Shown here: piece by piece, positions 1 through 11,304 of the stretch
Numbering within the stretch: the first letter of the stretch is position 1
Layout of the letters: every line of letters begins with the position of its first letter
Translations under genes and position numbers: made by a program
Assembly: GCA_023515725.1 (NCBI GenBank)
Contig: JALDTO010000223.1
Location: 47,801 to 77,271, forward strand
Length of the DNA: 29,471 bases
Direction: 5' to 3'
Origin: Amoeboaphelidium protococcarum X5
Taxonomy: Eukaryota; Fungi; Aphelidiomycota
Notes under the pieces: generated by a model
The model's input: only the letters and a program-made list of their open reading frames with translations
The model's database searches: none
Told to the model about the DNA's origin: nothing

Positions 1-1805
1 GCAGATATGTGAACACTCTTCTAATTAGGATTCAGCGAGATGCTCACAAATTCATTAATCTTTCCATTACGTCTCATAGTGCGCAATTTTGCGGCAAGAA
101 TATCTGGCCTAACATGAATACCGATGAGCGTACCATTGACGAAGACCATAAACGGTTGGTGGCCATTTACAGGAGCATGGATCTCTAAGCCATTGAGTAG
201 AGAGATATCCTCAACACCCAGTGAGTATGCATAATTCAGTAACTCATCTTCATCCTGGTCAGTCGTCACATGAGTCATCAGAGCTAAATTCTTCACCAAT
301 CCACACGCTTCACCTTCTGGAGTGTCGCTAGAGCATATCCTACCGTACTGGGACATTTGCAGCGAACGCGGACCACTAACCTTTCGCGTCTTCTCAAACT
401 GAGAGGTGATACGCATCATCATGCCCAGGGAGGAGATATAAGAAAGTCGAGATAACACCTGCGTCACACCAGCTCTCTCCATCTTGAATCGCTTCAAAGT
501 CCAATTTCCAGTGGATATAGCACGTACAAGACCATCGGTAATAGTGGATTGTGCCAGCGGCAGGAAGCGAGAAGCATCAAATTCGGTGGCTCTCGATGGT
601 TTCTACAAAGTCTTGTCAATGAGAGATTTCAATTGATGCTGGAACGTCTTAAACAAATCTTCAAAGAGAAGAGACAGCAATTATCCGGCCAATTCCAATC
701 GCTTATTACCCACGTAATCTCTATCATCAATCTAAGTCTTATCATGCAGAGCCAAGAGAACGCGTCTAGCCATTAGAGCCAGATAAGCGGCCTTGGGCTT
801 AAAATTTGTATCATTTACAGCAACGTGTGCCAGTACCAGGTCAGCTAGAGCATTATAAGCCTCTTCAGCAGGTGGTTTCTTCACGCTCATTGACTTATTA
901 GCCCATCCAGTACCGCGAGACAACTTCACTCTCGTGCCCACATACTCCAAGCACTGATTGCGCGTATGAAGGTCCATCTAGGAGGATTCTTCCAGCGACG
1001 GAGAGAAAGAGTCCAACAATTTAATGTCATTCCCGCAAATCATCTGAGCCACCTCCTTGTCACTCGTAATACCCATAGCTTTCAAGGCGATAACAATCGG
1101 AACATCTTCAGTCAGACAGTTATGCTTCAGATACACCTTGCCATTCTTCATGGACACTTTAGTCAAAGATTTTCTCTCCATCGTACTACTGGTAACACTA
1201 GCCTCAGGGAAACCAAATCTATCCTGATCAATAATGATTCTGTTCTTGCTCAGCTGCTCTTAAATCAATATCACCTTCTCCGTACCTCGCGTTATAAAAT
1301 ATCCACCAACATCCAGCGGACACTCGTACCTCTCCATGTAATCTGCCTCAGACTTCAACGCGGCCAAGTGACAATTATCGGATCGCAGCATAATAGGCAT
1401 ACGTCCGATAGATACACCTTTAGTGATAACCAGATTCTTATTTCTCTTGTACCTGATATCCACAGTGATAGGCGCAGAGTATGTCAAATCACGGAGTCGG
1501 CACTCTTGCGGCATCACATCCTTCTCCATCATGTTATCTTCCACAGACGGCTTTCCCACCTGAATATCATTAAACTCCAGAAAGAAGTGAGGATCAATAT
1601 CAGATCTAATGACGCGATTAGCAGCCAGAATCTTCTTCAACTCCACTTGGATAAAGAAGTTGAACGAGTCAATATGCTGCTTAATCAGACCTCGATTCTG
1701 CAAGAACGCGGGCAGCAAGTGGTACTTGTCCGTATCCAAAGGGTAATTGGAGCGATTCAAATTCTCATCAGCACTAGTCTTTTACTACTTCTTTTTCTAA
1801 ACCAT
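1..1805 (-). CDS. RPC2: RNA polymerase III second-largest subunit (RPC2/RET1/POLR3B), N-terminal ~600 aa; runs off the left edge
   Basis: With TAR=Gln, one frame runs from ATG 1805 ([51 protein letters not shown]) and joins track ORFs 1260-1760, 978-1181, 732-977 and 21-497. Motifs: [15 protein letters not shown], [16 protein letters not shown], [21 protein letters not shown], [32 protein letters not shown]. The 'DKxHLLPAFL' and '[10 protein letters not shown]' segments are Pol III-type. Confidence 0.96.
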
Positions 1806-2007
1806 ACTAACTGAATTTCTCGCAGGTAAACGTAGATCCGGAATAAGATATTCCGTGTCAGTTTAGTTACTTAAGTGATTGTTGACAGTAAAATAACAAA
1901 AAGCCTCTGTGAAAGGGATGAAAAACTTGAAAAAAATTTAAGATCAAGATTGCCGAACATTGATTAAGACTAAACTGATCCAATTTATAATACCTTATTT
2001 TCAAGTA

Positions 2008-3786
2008 TCAGTTTTAAAAAATAGCGTCTAGTATGAGCTAGTCTTGGGGATGAAGTTATCCGTTTTTATCTACTTGGTATGATGCAATCGACTGAAACTA
2101 GAAACCAGAAGGTTGACACTCGCTTTACCTCAAGTTTTACGATGACTGTTAAGATTGGTTCTTTTTAAACCATACATTGCTAATATTGGCCCATCTTTTA
2201 GTATCTTTTTATAGTACATTGCCATTAACGTGAAAAGATTATTAAACGCGACCACTACCATCACCTTGAGAAGTCTTTGTTAGCGGAGTGATAAATGTAC
2301 CATGAATGGAATGCGAATCACTGCTATTACTGGGGAGGTGAGATAGAGCCAGAGAGGAGGTGCTTTTTCTACCAAACTACGCGTCACCCCGTTCATCATT
2401 CCTGATGGGTGATGTTGAAGTCGATAATAGACTACTACTAGTAGGTAACAAAGCCATGGAGGAGTAGCGCTGAGATTTCTTTGTAGGCAGAGTATAAGTG
2501 CTCAGTTCAAACATACTACTAGACATTGCTTACTAGGAAGGATCAAGCCCATCTGAAGCATCATTCCACGCGTTAGACCGTCTTCTCTGCTTTCCACACA
2601 TCAATTTCTTCCAAGACGCATCATGAGGATTGAACACCTGTTCAACATCACCATTGTGCGTATGCGATCTAAGTCTCTGCTACTACTCATCTGATAATTA
2701 TTTGTCCTATTGGGTTACCATATTAAATATCCAATCCACATCAAGTGACCGAGCATCACTACTTCCGCAATGGAGCATTTCCATCGACAGTTTAAAGTCT
2801 TTAATTACCACTTTCAGGTATTTATAACTTACTCCCGACTCTTAACTCCCAACCATGAATATATTTTACAATAGCTCTTGTAATATACTGCCACAATACA
2901 CTTTGCCCTGGTAATTGTCACTTTTTAATTCAAAACTAGCGGCGAAAGGCTCTATAATTGTGTTTTCAGTATCACTCATAAAAACAATGGTGTCGTACGT
3001 CAATTGTGACCCGGTCAAGAGCGTATAGATATTATGCAGGAAATCAGCCAGATTTTTAACCAGTTCCTCATTACTCTAATTGTAAATCAACTTTATAGAA
3101 GATCTTTATACTAAACTAAATAGTAAACTGGACACGTGAGATATATTCACCATCCTAAGACTATCTTCTACGCTATATTATTCACGAGTCTCAGCAACCT
3201 CATTTATAAAATACTGATAGTTCATATGCCCAACCAGTTCCTGAATGGACTACAAAGGTTCATTGACATCGCGAGGGAATTTCTAAAGCACCCTGTGAGG
3301 TTTCACACTCTCTGGTACACAAGAGCCCAACAAGGAATTTTGCAAGATTTAACCTATATCCAGCAAATACTAAATGTCCAATTGATCACTATATATCCTT
3401 TTCTATAATTAGTCTATATCACCACAGAAGGTCTCGATAGACGCGTGTTGCAGTCGACGAATAGTATTGGTAACAACATCTTCATCCAAATTGTAATCCA
3501 TTATCAGACACAAACGACGCGTCGCTCCACGAGCTTGTACATCATATAGATCAAAATAGTATTTATGTATCCAGCAATTTGGAATTGCTTAACTGTTCAT
3601 CTCTTTAATGTACACCATAGATCTTATTTAAAACGAATCTTCAGCTAGCGTATCATCACTCAATGCACATGGATCGACAGTTAGAGCCTCATATATCAAT
3701 TGAGAATGGTCGACTCCACTTTGGACGTTTTAATTGTGCAGGCAACTGGGACCTTTCAACTCATCGAATTCACCAAGTATCAACAT
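2008..3786 (-). CDS. SMCR8: SMCR8/folliculin-like uDENN (longin) domain protein, 592 aa
   Basis: Continuous TGA-free frame from ATG 3786 to TGA 2008-2010 when TAR=Gln. The N-terminus MLILGEFDELKGP...LIYEALTVDP...EDSF...YFDLYDVQARGATRRLCLI...LQHASIETFCGDIDQL resembles SMCR8 as I recall it (ILISEFSEQVGP...LTLYDLEARGFVRPFCMAY...LKTGNRKAFAGELE). The C-terminal third is Ser-rich and low-complexity. The ORF is secure; the orthology is less so. Confidence 0.68.
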
Positions 3787-4186
3787 AAGCAATTCAATTC
3801 TGATTACTTATGTTATTTAAAGACGGACAGTCTGGAAATTGCAAAGAGAAAACAATCAAGGGAGTGTAAAAGCAATCTCGTTGACATCAAAAGCGAGCAG
3901 ATTCAGCTTTCCAAACGCTATCACTTAGCATTACTGATATTCATATTGATATCTAGCCAAGTGGAACTCAAATATGAAATTTAGAGCTCAGCTAGTATGA
4001 CCAATGAAATACAATGCAATAAAGTACGCGTTAAATTTGACTGATTTACAATGCAACCTCGTTGATGGCGTCGCATCACTTGGCGGAATTTAAATTCTCC
4101 GTTTAAAATCTGACAGAGATTAATCTACATCTCTTCCACTAATAAGTTAAGAATATAAAATTTTTTCAAATAGAAGTTATAATATA

Positions 4187-4699
4187 ATGCACGTCTAACT
4201 CTTTTTGGTGTCTTTGGCCTCCATTGCTCATTGTGCTGTGGCCATCTCGGAGTAGACCAGGACCTTTGCTGACACTCTCGTTGATCTCCTCAACGTGGTC
4301 CGCCCTGAAACAAGATCGGTGTTTTGTTTGAATCAGAAGCTAATGGAAGCCGCTCAAGAATTGGCTGATATAGAAGCATCTGGTCAGTCATACGACCACA
4401 CTGATGGAAGAAATTTGTACTTTCCAAGTTAAGCTAATGGGTTCAATGGTACTACACATATTGTGTAGATTCTGAAGAACATTAAAACTCCGCAGGAAGC
4501 TTTCGACCAAGTTAAAGAGGCAATTTCCAGAGGTACGCGTTACAATTATGATTAGCGTTTCATTGGAGTAGGTTACAACGATGGACATTGCGTTGTATAC
4601 TTTGTCGCCAGTGAACATGAGCAATGCATGCCTTCCGTAAAAGATGGTACGAGAGTTCAGCCTACCTCAACTACTGCTGAAACAGCTGTTAACAATTGA
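4187..4699 (+). CDS. Secreted CAP/SCP (PR-1/YkwD-like) domain protein, paralog 1, 170 aa
   Basis: ATG 4187 to TGA 4697-4699. Signal peptide MHVqLFLVSLASIAHCAVA; CAP-like core LVDLLNVVR...CLNQKLMEAAQELA...RFIGVGYNDGHCVVYF...EQC. Confidence 0.8.
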
Positions 4700-5195
4700 T
4701 TGAAGAATTGAGATTCAACATCTTAATAGAGCCTTTAAAGTCATTGCTTCTATTCCAGTTTCTTCTCATATTTTTTATCTGTCATCATCACAAAAACTAA
4801 CGCGTGAAGGCTGTATTGCTTTATGTATCAGCGAACAAGCCATCCTATTCAAACGGCATCAACCTTAGATGTAGGTAGTATCGACAGATTCGACTATTCA
4901 GGGACCAAATTCAAATTGCAACTTCAACTTAGCAACTCAATAATCATACTAAATCGTTTACTATCTGTTCACAGCGGTTTCTCGCTTGCTAATGGCTTAG
5001 TTGAAACGTTGTCTATTCCCTCGGTGATGGTCAGGTAAAATTTTGTGCGTCATGCCGATAGATCAACATCGTTGCCATCTATCTTTCACCGAACTATCAT
5101 TAATCGCGTTAATTCAGAGTCATCGCAATCCGATAGATTTACGATATCTTCTTGAACAACTACATTGCTTATTTGCAATACTCAATTTTATTAAA

Positions 5196-5699
5196 ATGAT
5201 GCGTTTCACTATCTTACTGATCTGCTTGTTATCAGTGATCCATGCTGCTGCAATTCCAAAGGACACGAGAGTCTTTGCCAAGAGTTTGGTCGATTTACTG
5301 AATGCTGATCGCCCTGCCAATCTATCTTCATACTGTTTGAATAGAAAACTGATGGCACCTGCTCAAGAACTGGCCGAGATTTATGCTTCTGGGTAAAGTT
5401 ATGATAATAACGATGGTAGAAATCTGACTAGACCAATGTTTGTCAATGGTTTCATCGGTTATTAGGACGCTTATGGGCTTCAGGCTGACGTCGAGACTCC
5501 AGAAGAGGCCAAGGAGGGGATCAAGACGCTAACATCCGCATTTGCCCGCTTTGGATAAGACTTGCGTTTCATGGGAGTCGGCTTTAAGAATGGCGTCGTT
5601 GTAACGTACTTTGTCGGAAGTGATGTTGAAAAATGTTCGTATGGTTACGGGCGCGGTAAGGATTAAGGCGATCAGGGACAAGATTGCGATGATCAGTGA
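5196..5699 (+). CDS. Secreted CAP/SCP domain protein, paralog 2, 167 aa
   Basis: ATG 5196 to TGA 5697-5699. Signal peptide MMRFTILLICLLSVIHAAA; LVDLLNADR...CLNRKLMAPAQELAEIYASGqSYDNNDGRNL...RFMGVGFKNG...EKC. Collinear with paralog 1. Confidence 0.82.
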
Positions 5700-6188
5700 G
5701 TGTGTTGGAAATGCTATAATGTGACAGTTTTGAAAAAGTATGAATGAAAGACTAATTGATGAATTACATGAAATTGCGTAATAAAAGCTTATGAAAATAA
5801 AAGTGATTTACATGGTGCTTTCATTTTGTAGTTACGAACATGGTTGGATTGGGTTACAAGTTGTGTTTGCTTTTCCACCGTATGATTATCAGAGCGAGAA
5901 ATTTCAAGGCAATCTCGGTATCAAGCGCATGAGCGACGGCCATGAGAGATTAGGTGGTATTGTATGGTATTTAGCAGATGTCACTTGAGAAGACATAAAA
6001 AGTGATCACGCGTTACATTGTACGATCAGTTGTTTCATTTGACGGTAACACATGTAGCACAATGTAACGTTCTCGATCTGCCATAAAATCTCATTTAGTC
6101 CATACGGCTTCTTCTTCTTCTTTCTTACCATTCATATATATAAACTCTGCTATACTAACAACATTCAAACAACTTAAATTAGAAAGAA

Positions 6189-6770
6189 ATGAAATTGACA
6201 TTCGCTGTATCCACTGTTGTATCTGTTCTGTTGTCGACGCTGATCAATGCTCAGGCCGGCGCTTCCAATGATGCCACTTAAATGCTGAGCTTGATTAACG
6301 CTGTACGTTTTGATTATGGTCTGGATGAAGTGTGCCTGAATGCAAAACTTAATGATGCTGTCTCTCAATATGCTCAAGCTATGGCTAAGGCAAATAGATT
6401 TGAAACTTAGCTTAATGGTCAGTATGTTTCAGATCGCGTCGAAGCAGTCGGATTCGAAGGAGGCTCAGCAGCTCACGAGGCTTTAACAATGGGTCATTAG
6501 TCTGCAGATGATGCCTTCTAATCCATAATGGACGTACCATCTACAAGATCTATGGTTATGGATTCAAGCATTGAATTCGTTGGTGTCGGAATGCATGAAG
6601 GCTACTGGGATGTGATCTTCAGTTCAAGTCCCACAGAGAAATGTCTGGGGGAAGAAGGTGCATCTGACCAGTACGACGCTCAAATTCAGTCTAGTAATGG
6701 CACCGATGTGAACGCGTCAAATGCCGTTGGCTAAAACAGTACTTCTGATGGAATTGAATCCGCTATTTGA
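6189..6770 (+). CDS. Secreted CAP/SCP domain protein, paralog 3, 193 aa
   Basis: ATG 6189 to TGA 6768-6770. Signal peptide MKLTFAVSTVVSVLLSTLINA; MLSLINAVRFDYGLDEVCLNAKLNDAVSQYAQAMA...DRVEAVGF...FVGVGMHEGYWDVIF...EKC. This is the most canonical CAP pattern of the three. Confidence 0.86.
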
Positions 6771-6879
6771 GCCACGCAGTATGTTAAGTGATGATAATCC
6801 TTATGATGTTTGAACTCCAGTTATTAAAATATACTATTAAGTAAATCATTTAAAAAATCTATTCAGTTCAAAACTTTGA

Positions 6880-8970
6880 TCATTCCAAGATATTAAATGT
6901 CAATGCACAAAGTACTACCATCAAGCCAACTATGTAAGTAGAAGACAGAGATTAGAATGTAGAAGTGGAGCCAGATACAAAATCATCTTCAGTGACGGAA
7001 GACGATAAAGAATCTCCCAGCGAATGTGACGCATCATTCTATTATTGCCCAACCACCGAGGATTCATTAAAAGTACCAGCCTGATACAAAGACCCGTCTG
7101 ACGCATCAAGATCAAGCAGAGGTGCCATCTCTATGAGCTAATCGTAAGAATCAATAAAGAGAACTGACATACCCATAGTCATATGAGAATTGATATGACA
7201 GTGCATTGGCCACACACCAGGATTATCAGCCTTAAATCTAATGACTCTCCAACCACAAGGTGCACCAGGTTTACCAGTGGTATTGGTTTGCAAGTTGGAT
7301 GCAAAATCATGTTCATAAGGATACACCGTCACAGTGTCGCGAAAGAGAGGATCTTGCAAGTTGGTAGCCTGAGCCACCTCAGCACTATCCAATTTATACT
7401 CGCCAGGACCAGATGCAATATCAAAGACGTGATATCCGTGTAAATGAAATGGATGCTACTCGCATATACCATTCATTGCCACAGTATTCTGCAAAATCAC
7501 CTCAATAGTTCTCTCGAAATCAATCTCGAATATCACCGCTTTCATTGCCTCCTCCGCAGACATCAACGTACCATTGGAATGGACACCCGATACAGCTGAT
7601 GACAACACCTTGTTCATATGATCTCGACCTTTGAAGGCAGCATGAAGAGCCGGCTCGCTCAAACTCATCATATCAAATGCACCCCCGTTTATTAACCACT
7701 TGGTCTTGTTTTCATAGGTGCCATCGGATTTCAAAACAGGCAGTAGACTCTGCTGCAAATGTAAATGGATACGCTGCATATTAGAAGAGTCCTTTAAAAT
7801 TGTGGCCTCCTCAGATAGATCAATAGCTGGCTTCAGGTGGCTGAGAATCCAATTAGGATCGCTCTTGGTATTGTTCTGAGTGAATAAACTCTCCACTTTA
7901 ACAGAAGTAATATCTTCAGCACCATCTTTATAACTCAGCATTGCATAACCAATAGGTCCAGATTTACGGTAGGCAACCTGTGCTCTAATCATATACTTAC
8001 CAGCAGCTGATGGATCACTCATACGCACCAATACTGAGTACCTCTGTGCAGAATTGATCTCAAGTTCAGTTACTCGAAATGGCTGCACGTAGATACCATC
8101 AACCTCAATTATGGTCATCTCATGCAAATCCATACTCACTTTGATATAGGAAAGCGTGGAGGCACCAACAATTCTAAAGCGATACACTTTGTCCTTCTCC
8201 ACCTGAAATGACTCCATGCTGGCAAGAGATTAATTGCACTTGGAAATATCACTAGAGCCACCAGAAGATGATGATAGAGAAGAGCAATTAAACTAGCCTT
8301 TACCATTAAACAGGATAGACTGAGGATCACCAATCCACTTGAAAGGAGTCATCAGTAACCCGCTGGTCATATCATCTTCTTTAGCATGGAAATTATCACT
8401 CAGCATCAAGACGCGCTCTTCATCATAACGATACTACTCTCCCAAAGTATCTACCAGATGATCAACTCCATCATCTTCAATGATAATCGGACCATAAAGC
8501 TGTTCACCAGTCTGCATGAAATGAGCATGATACCAATATGTTCCACCAGGCTCATTCACGATATACTGCTTGATAACATAGCTCTAGCCAGGTGCAATTG
8601 GATATTAAGTCAGAAATGCAGCACCATCATTCTAAGGTGTCAGAATAGAATCTAAACCATGCAAGTGGATAGCAATCTTATTCCCGGAAGCCATCTGATT
8701 AGTAATATTCAGCACTAGAGTATCTCCTTTACGAACACGAATCGCCGGTCCAGGATACTGGCCATTAATCAGAATCAGATGCTTCTCATAACCATCAGGA
8801 CTAGCGTAGCCATCAGTCAAGACAAAATCGTACTTGGTGGTATTGCCATTCAATTGCACACCATACTTTTACTACAGCTACTGAGACAATGCCTGCAATT
8901 AATCAGCAGCAACCAAAGAAGCAGCACCTATCAAAGCAACAAAACAAGAAAGCTACTTATACCAAATCAT
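6880..8970 (-). CDS. Multicopper oxidase, L-ascorbate oxidase/laccase-like, 696 aa, secreted, with probable GPI-anchor signal
   Basis: ATG 8970 to TGA 6880-6882 in one frame. Signal peptide present. Four Cu-binding motifs: IHLHG, WYHAH, qHPFHLHG and ADNPGVWPMHCHINSHMTMGM. Also INGQYPGP and KWIGDPQSILFNGKGqFNCS. Ends in a Ser-rich spacer plus the hydrophobic tail YIVGLMVVLCALTFNILE. Confidence 0.93.
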
Positions 8971-9489
8971 ATCAATCAACTTATAGATATTACGGGAATA
9001 TCACTATAGATATAAAAATGACAGTGCAGTGAGATATTATAACGAGAGATCAAGCCGGAAGATGAGAGAGAACGCTGCAGCAATAGAACATTGACAGAGA
9101 GAGAGGGAAGAAACAGCTGATAAGGGACTTTCTAACGCGCGTTTTCAGTGGTTTCTCTCGTGCGCGCGTGATTCAATGAAGATCTCTACATTGTAGTGGT
9201 TGGTAGAACTGTTCAATCTACTTAAGCAACTCCCAACATTGCTTTTTAATTTTCCACCTAGCCTTCAAGTATCATGCTTTCTTAATTATCAGAGTGTTGA
9301 TTTGATCTCTTGATGTGTTTCTATCATTCATCATTAAGTATGATCTAATCAGTTCAATCAATTAAAACGGTGTAAGGCATCTCTTTTCGATTATAATTAT
9401 CATCGGGAACGTGAAGGCTTCTTTACTTTAATTTTATCGCTAACAATATAAATTTTCAATTTTATAGACAATTTTAAATAAATAAATAA

Positions 9490-9945
9490 ATGCTTAGAAC
9501 TACTAGATTAATAAATCGCGGCGCTGTGTAATGCCAAAAATTCTACAGTAGTCAGTAGACTGAAGCGTAGAAGGCTTTACTTGGTAGCAAGAGACACCCG
9601 GAGATTGAGAAGCGCGTACATGACATCATTGTTAAGAATGTCAGTGGTAATCCCCTGGTGGTATTCATGAAGGGTTCTCCATCCTATCCATAGTGTGGAT
9701 TCTCGCGTCTAGTCATTTAAATCTTGAATCTTAATGGTGTACCGATGGAGAAGATTAAGGCTCTGGATGTGCTTGATGATGCCGATCTGAGGTAGGGTGT
9801 CAAGCTATTCTCCCAGTGGCCTACTATCCCTCAAGTTTATATTGGCGGTGAGTTTGTGGGAGGCAGCGATATTTTGCGCAATATGCACGAGACTGGTGAG
9901 TTATAGTAGCTGTTGAAATAACACAAGCTGCTTGATGATGAATGA
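9490..9945 (+). CDS. GRX5: Mitochondrial monothiol glutaredoxin (CGFS type), 151 aa
   Basis: ATG 9490 to TGA 9943-9945. Arg-rich presequence [11 protein letters not shown]; [17 protein letters not shown], [29 protein letters not shown]. Absent from the ORF track. Confidence 0.95.
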
Positions 9946-10039
9946 CAGTAAGAAGAGGATAAAGGACACTAGTGATACGTGACTCTAATTAGGATAATCA
10001 TTTCTCTTTAATATACTCAAGAACAGTATGTCTCTGAAT

Positions 10040-11116
10040 TCATTAGCCATCTTTTTCAGACGCATCTTGTTCATCGTCTGACAAATCCAAATCTTGGAAT
10101 GCAGATTCATCAACTTCCGGTTCATCCTCGTCCTGATCAGCGTCAGTATTATCATCGTCCCGGTTCGCATAGTCATAAGACACCACTTCACCGTCATTGT
10201 CTTCATCATCATCGCGCTGGTACAGGTCAGCATTGAATGTAAACAACTCACGTCCACTGGCACCAATCATCTTACCAGCCTTGATCGCAGCCTCTCTACT
10301 CTTACGCAGTTCATCCTGCTCCTTCTTCTACTTGGTGAGACGGTCCTACTTCCACTTATTGAACGAATCGAGAGTGACGGGAGTCAACTTTGTTGGCATT
10401 CGCTTTCTCTCCTCTTCAATCCACTCCTCAAGAGTCTGCACCACTTCATCTTCGCCGTTACCGCGTCTGCCAGACTCTTTCAATTAAAATCCGGGTGGTA
10501 GAGCGTGTTTATACTTGCAATCAATACCATTAGGACATTACCAAAACCATCCGTACTTTCTATCTTCCACAGCCTGGATGAAATATTTGCACACAATATC
10601 GGTCGTTGGCTGAGCATTCTTGCCTGCCTTACGCGATACGACCTCCTCTAATTTCGCCTAGTCCCACTTGTCCATGGTGTCATTCTCTTTATCCAAATCC
10701 TCCTTGCTCTTAGACTGACCACTACCACTTTAAGCACGCGCATCCGTGTACAGATCAATCTTGGCACTCTTTCGCTCCACATTCAGATCGTGAGAGAATT
10801 TACAATTTTTACCTTTAGTGCATGTGCCCATCTTGTGGAATTGACATAGAATAGTTTTCGGATCTACACCAAACGGCACCTTCTGCGAAAGCTAGACTGG
10901 CTTAAATATCTCATTGAGCTCCTGCTTCCTCTATAGCTCAAGCTCCTTCTTACTCGGACCTTCCTATTTCTTTTTATTATTCGCCTGATTAGCCGCCTAC
11001 TGCATCTGCTGCACATATTGCTGCACCTTCTTACTCTTATTCTTGTTCTTCAATCCAAAAGTCTTGTCATCCACAACCTTCTGCTTCTTTGCCTTTTCTG
11101 CTTTCGATGGTGGCAT
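10040..11116 (-). CDS. TMA46: Translation machinery-associated protein 46 / ZC3H15 (two CCCH fingers, DFRP domain), 358 aa
   Basis: ATG 11116 ([35 protein letters not shown]) to TGA 10040-10042. [33 protein letters not shown], [38 protein letters not shown], [19 protein letters not shown], acidic tail. Confidence 0.95.
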
Positions 11117-11304
11117 ACTAAATATATATTGATTAATGTTTATCCAATTTTGATTTCTCTGATTATTGATCGCGCCGAAATAGAAAAATCTTAATTCAAC
11201 TGAAATCAGAGCCGGAGTCCTACGGTAAGTACAAAGCAGTGCAATCAAATGAAATTGAAAAGCTAAACATATAATCATAATTCTATTTAATTCATGCTGC
11301 GAAT

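Noticed and set aside
966-1814. 282-aa + strand ORF in the track
   Set aside because: Antisense shadow of RPC2 with no recognisable motifs.
6109-6130. (CTT)n pyrimidine tracts at ~6109, ~18750, ~19516 and ~22478 as trans-splice or regulatory signals
   Set aside because: These are short microsatellites. Two are simply paralogous copies, and the others have no consistent distance to a start codon.
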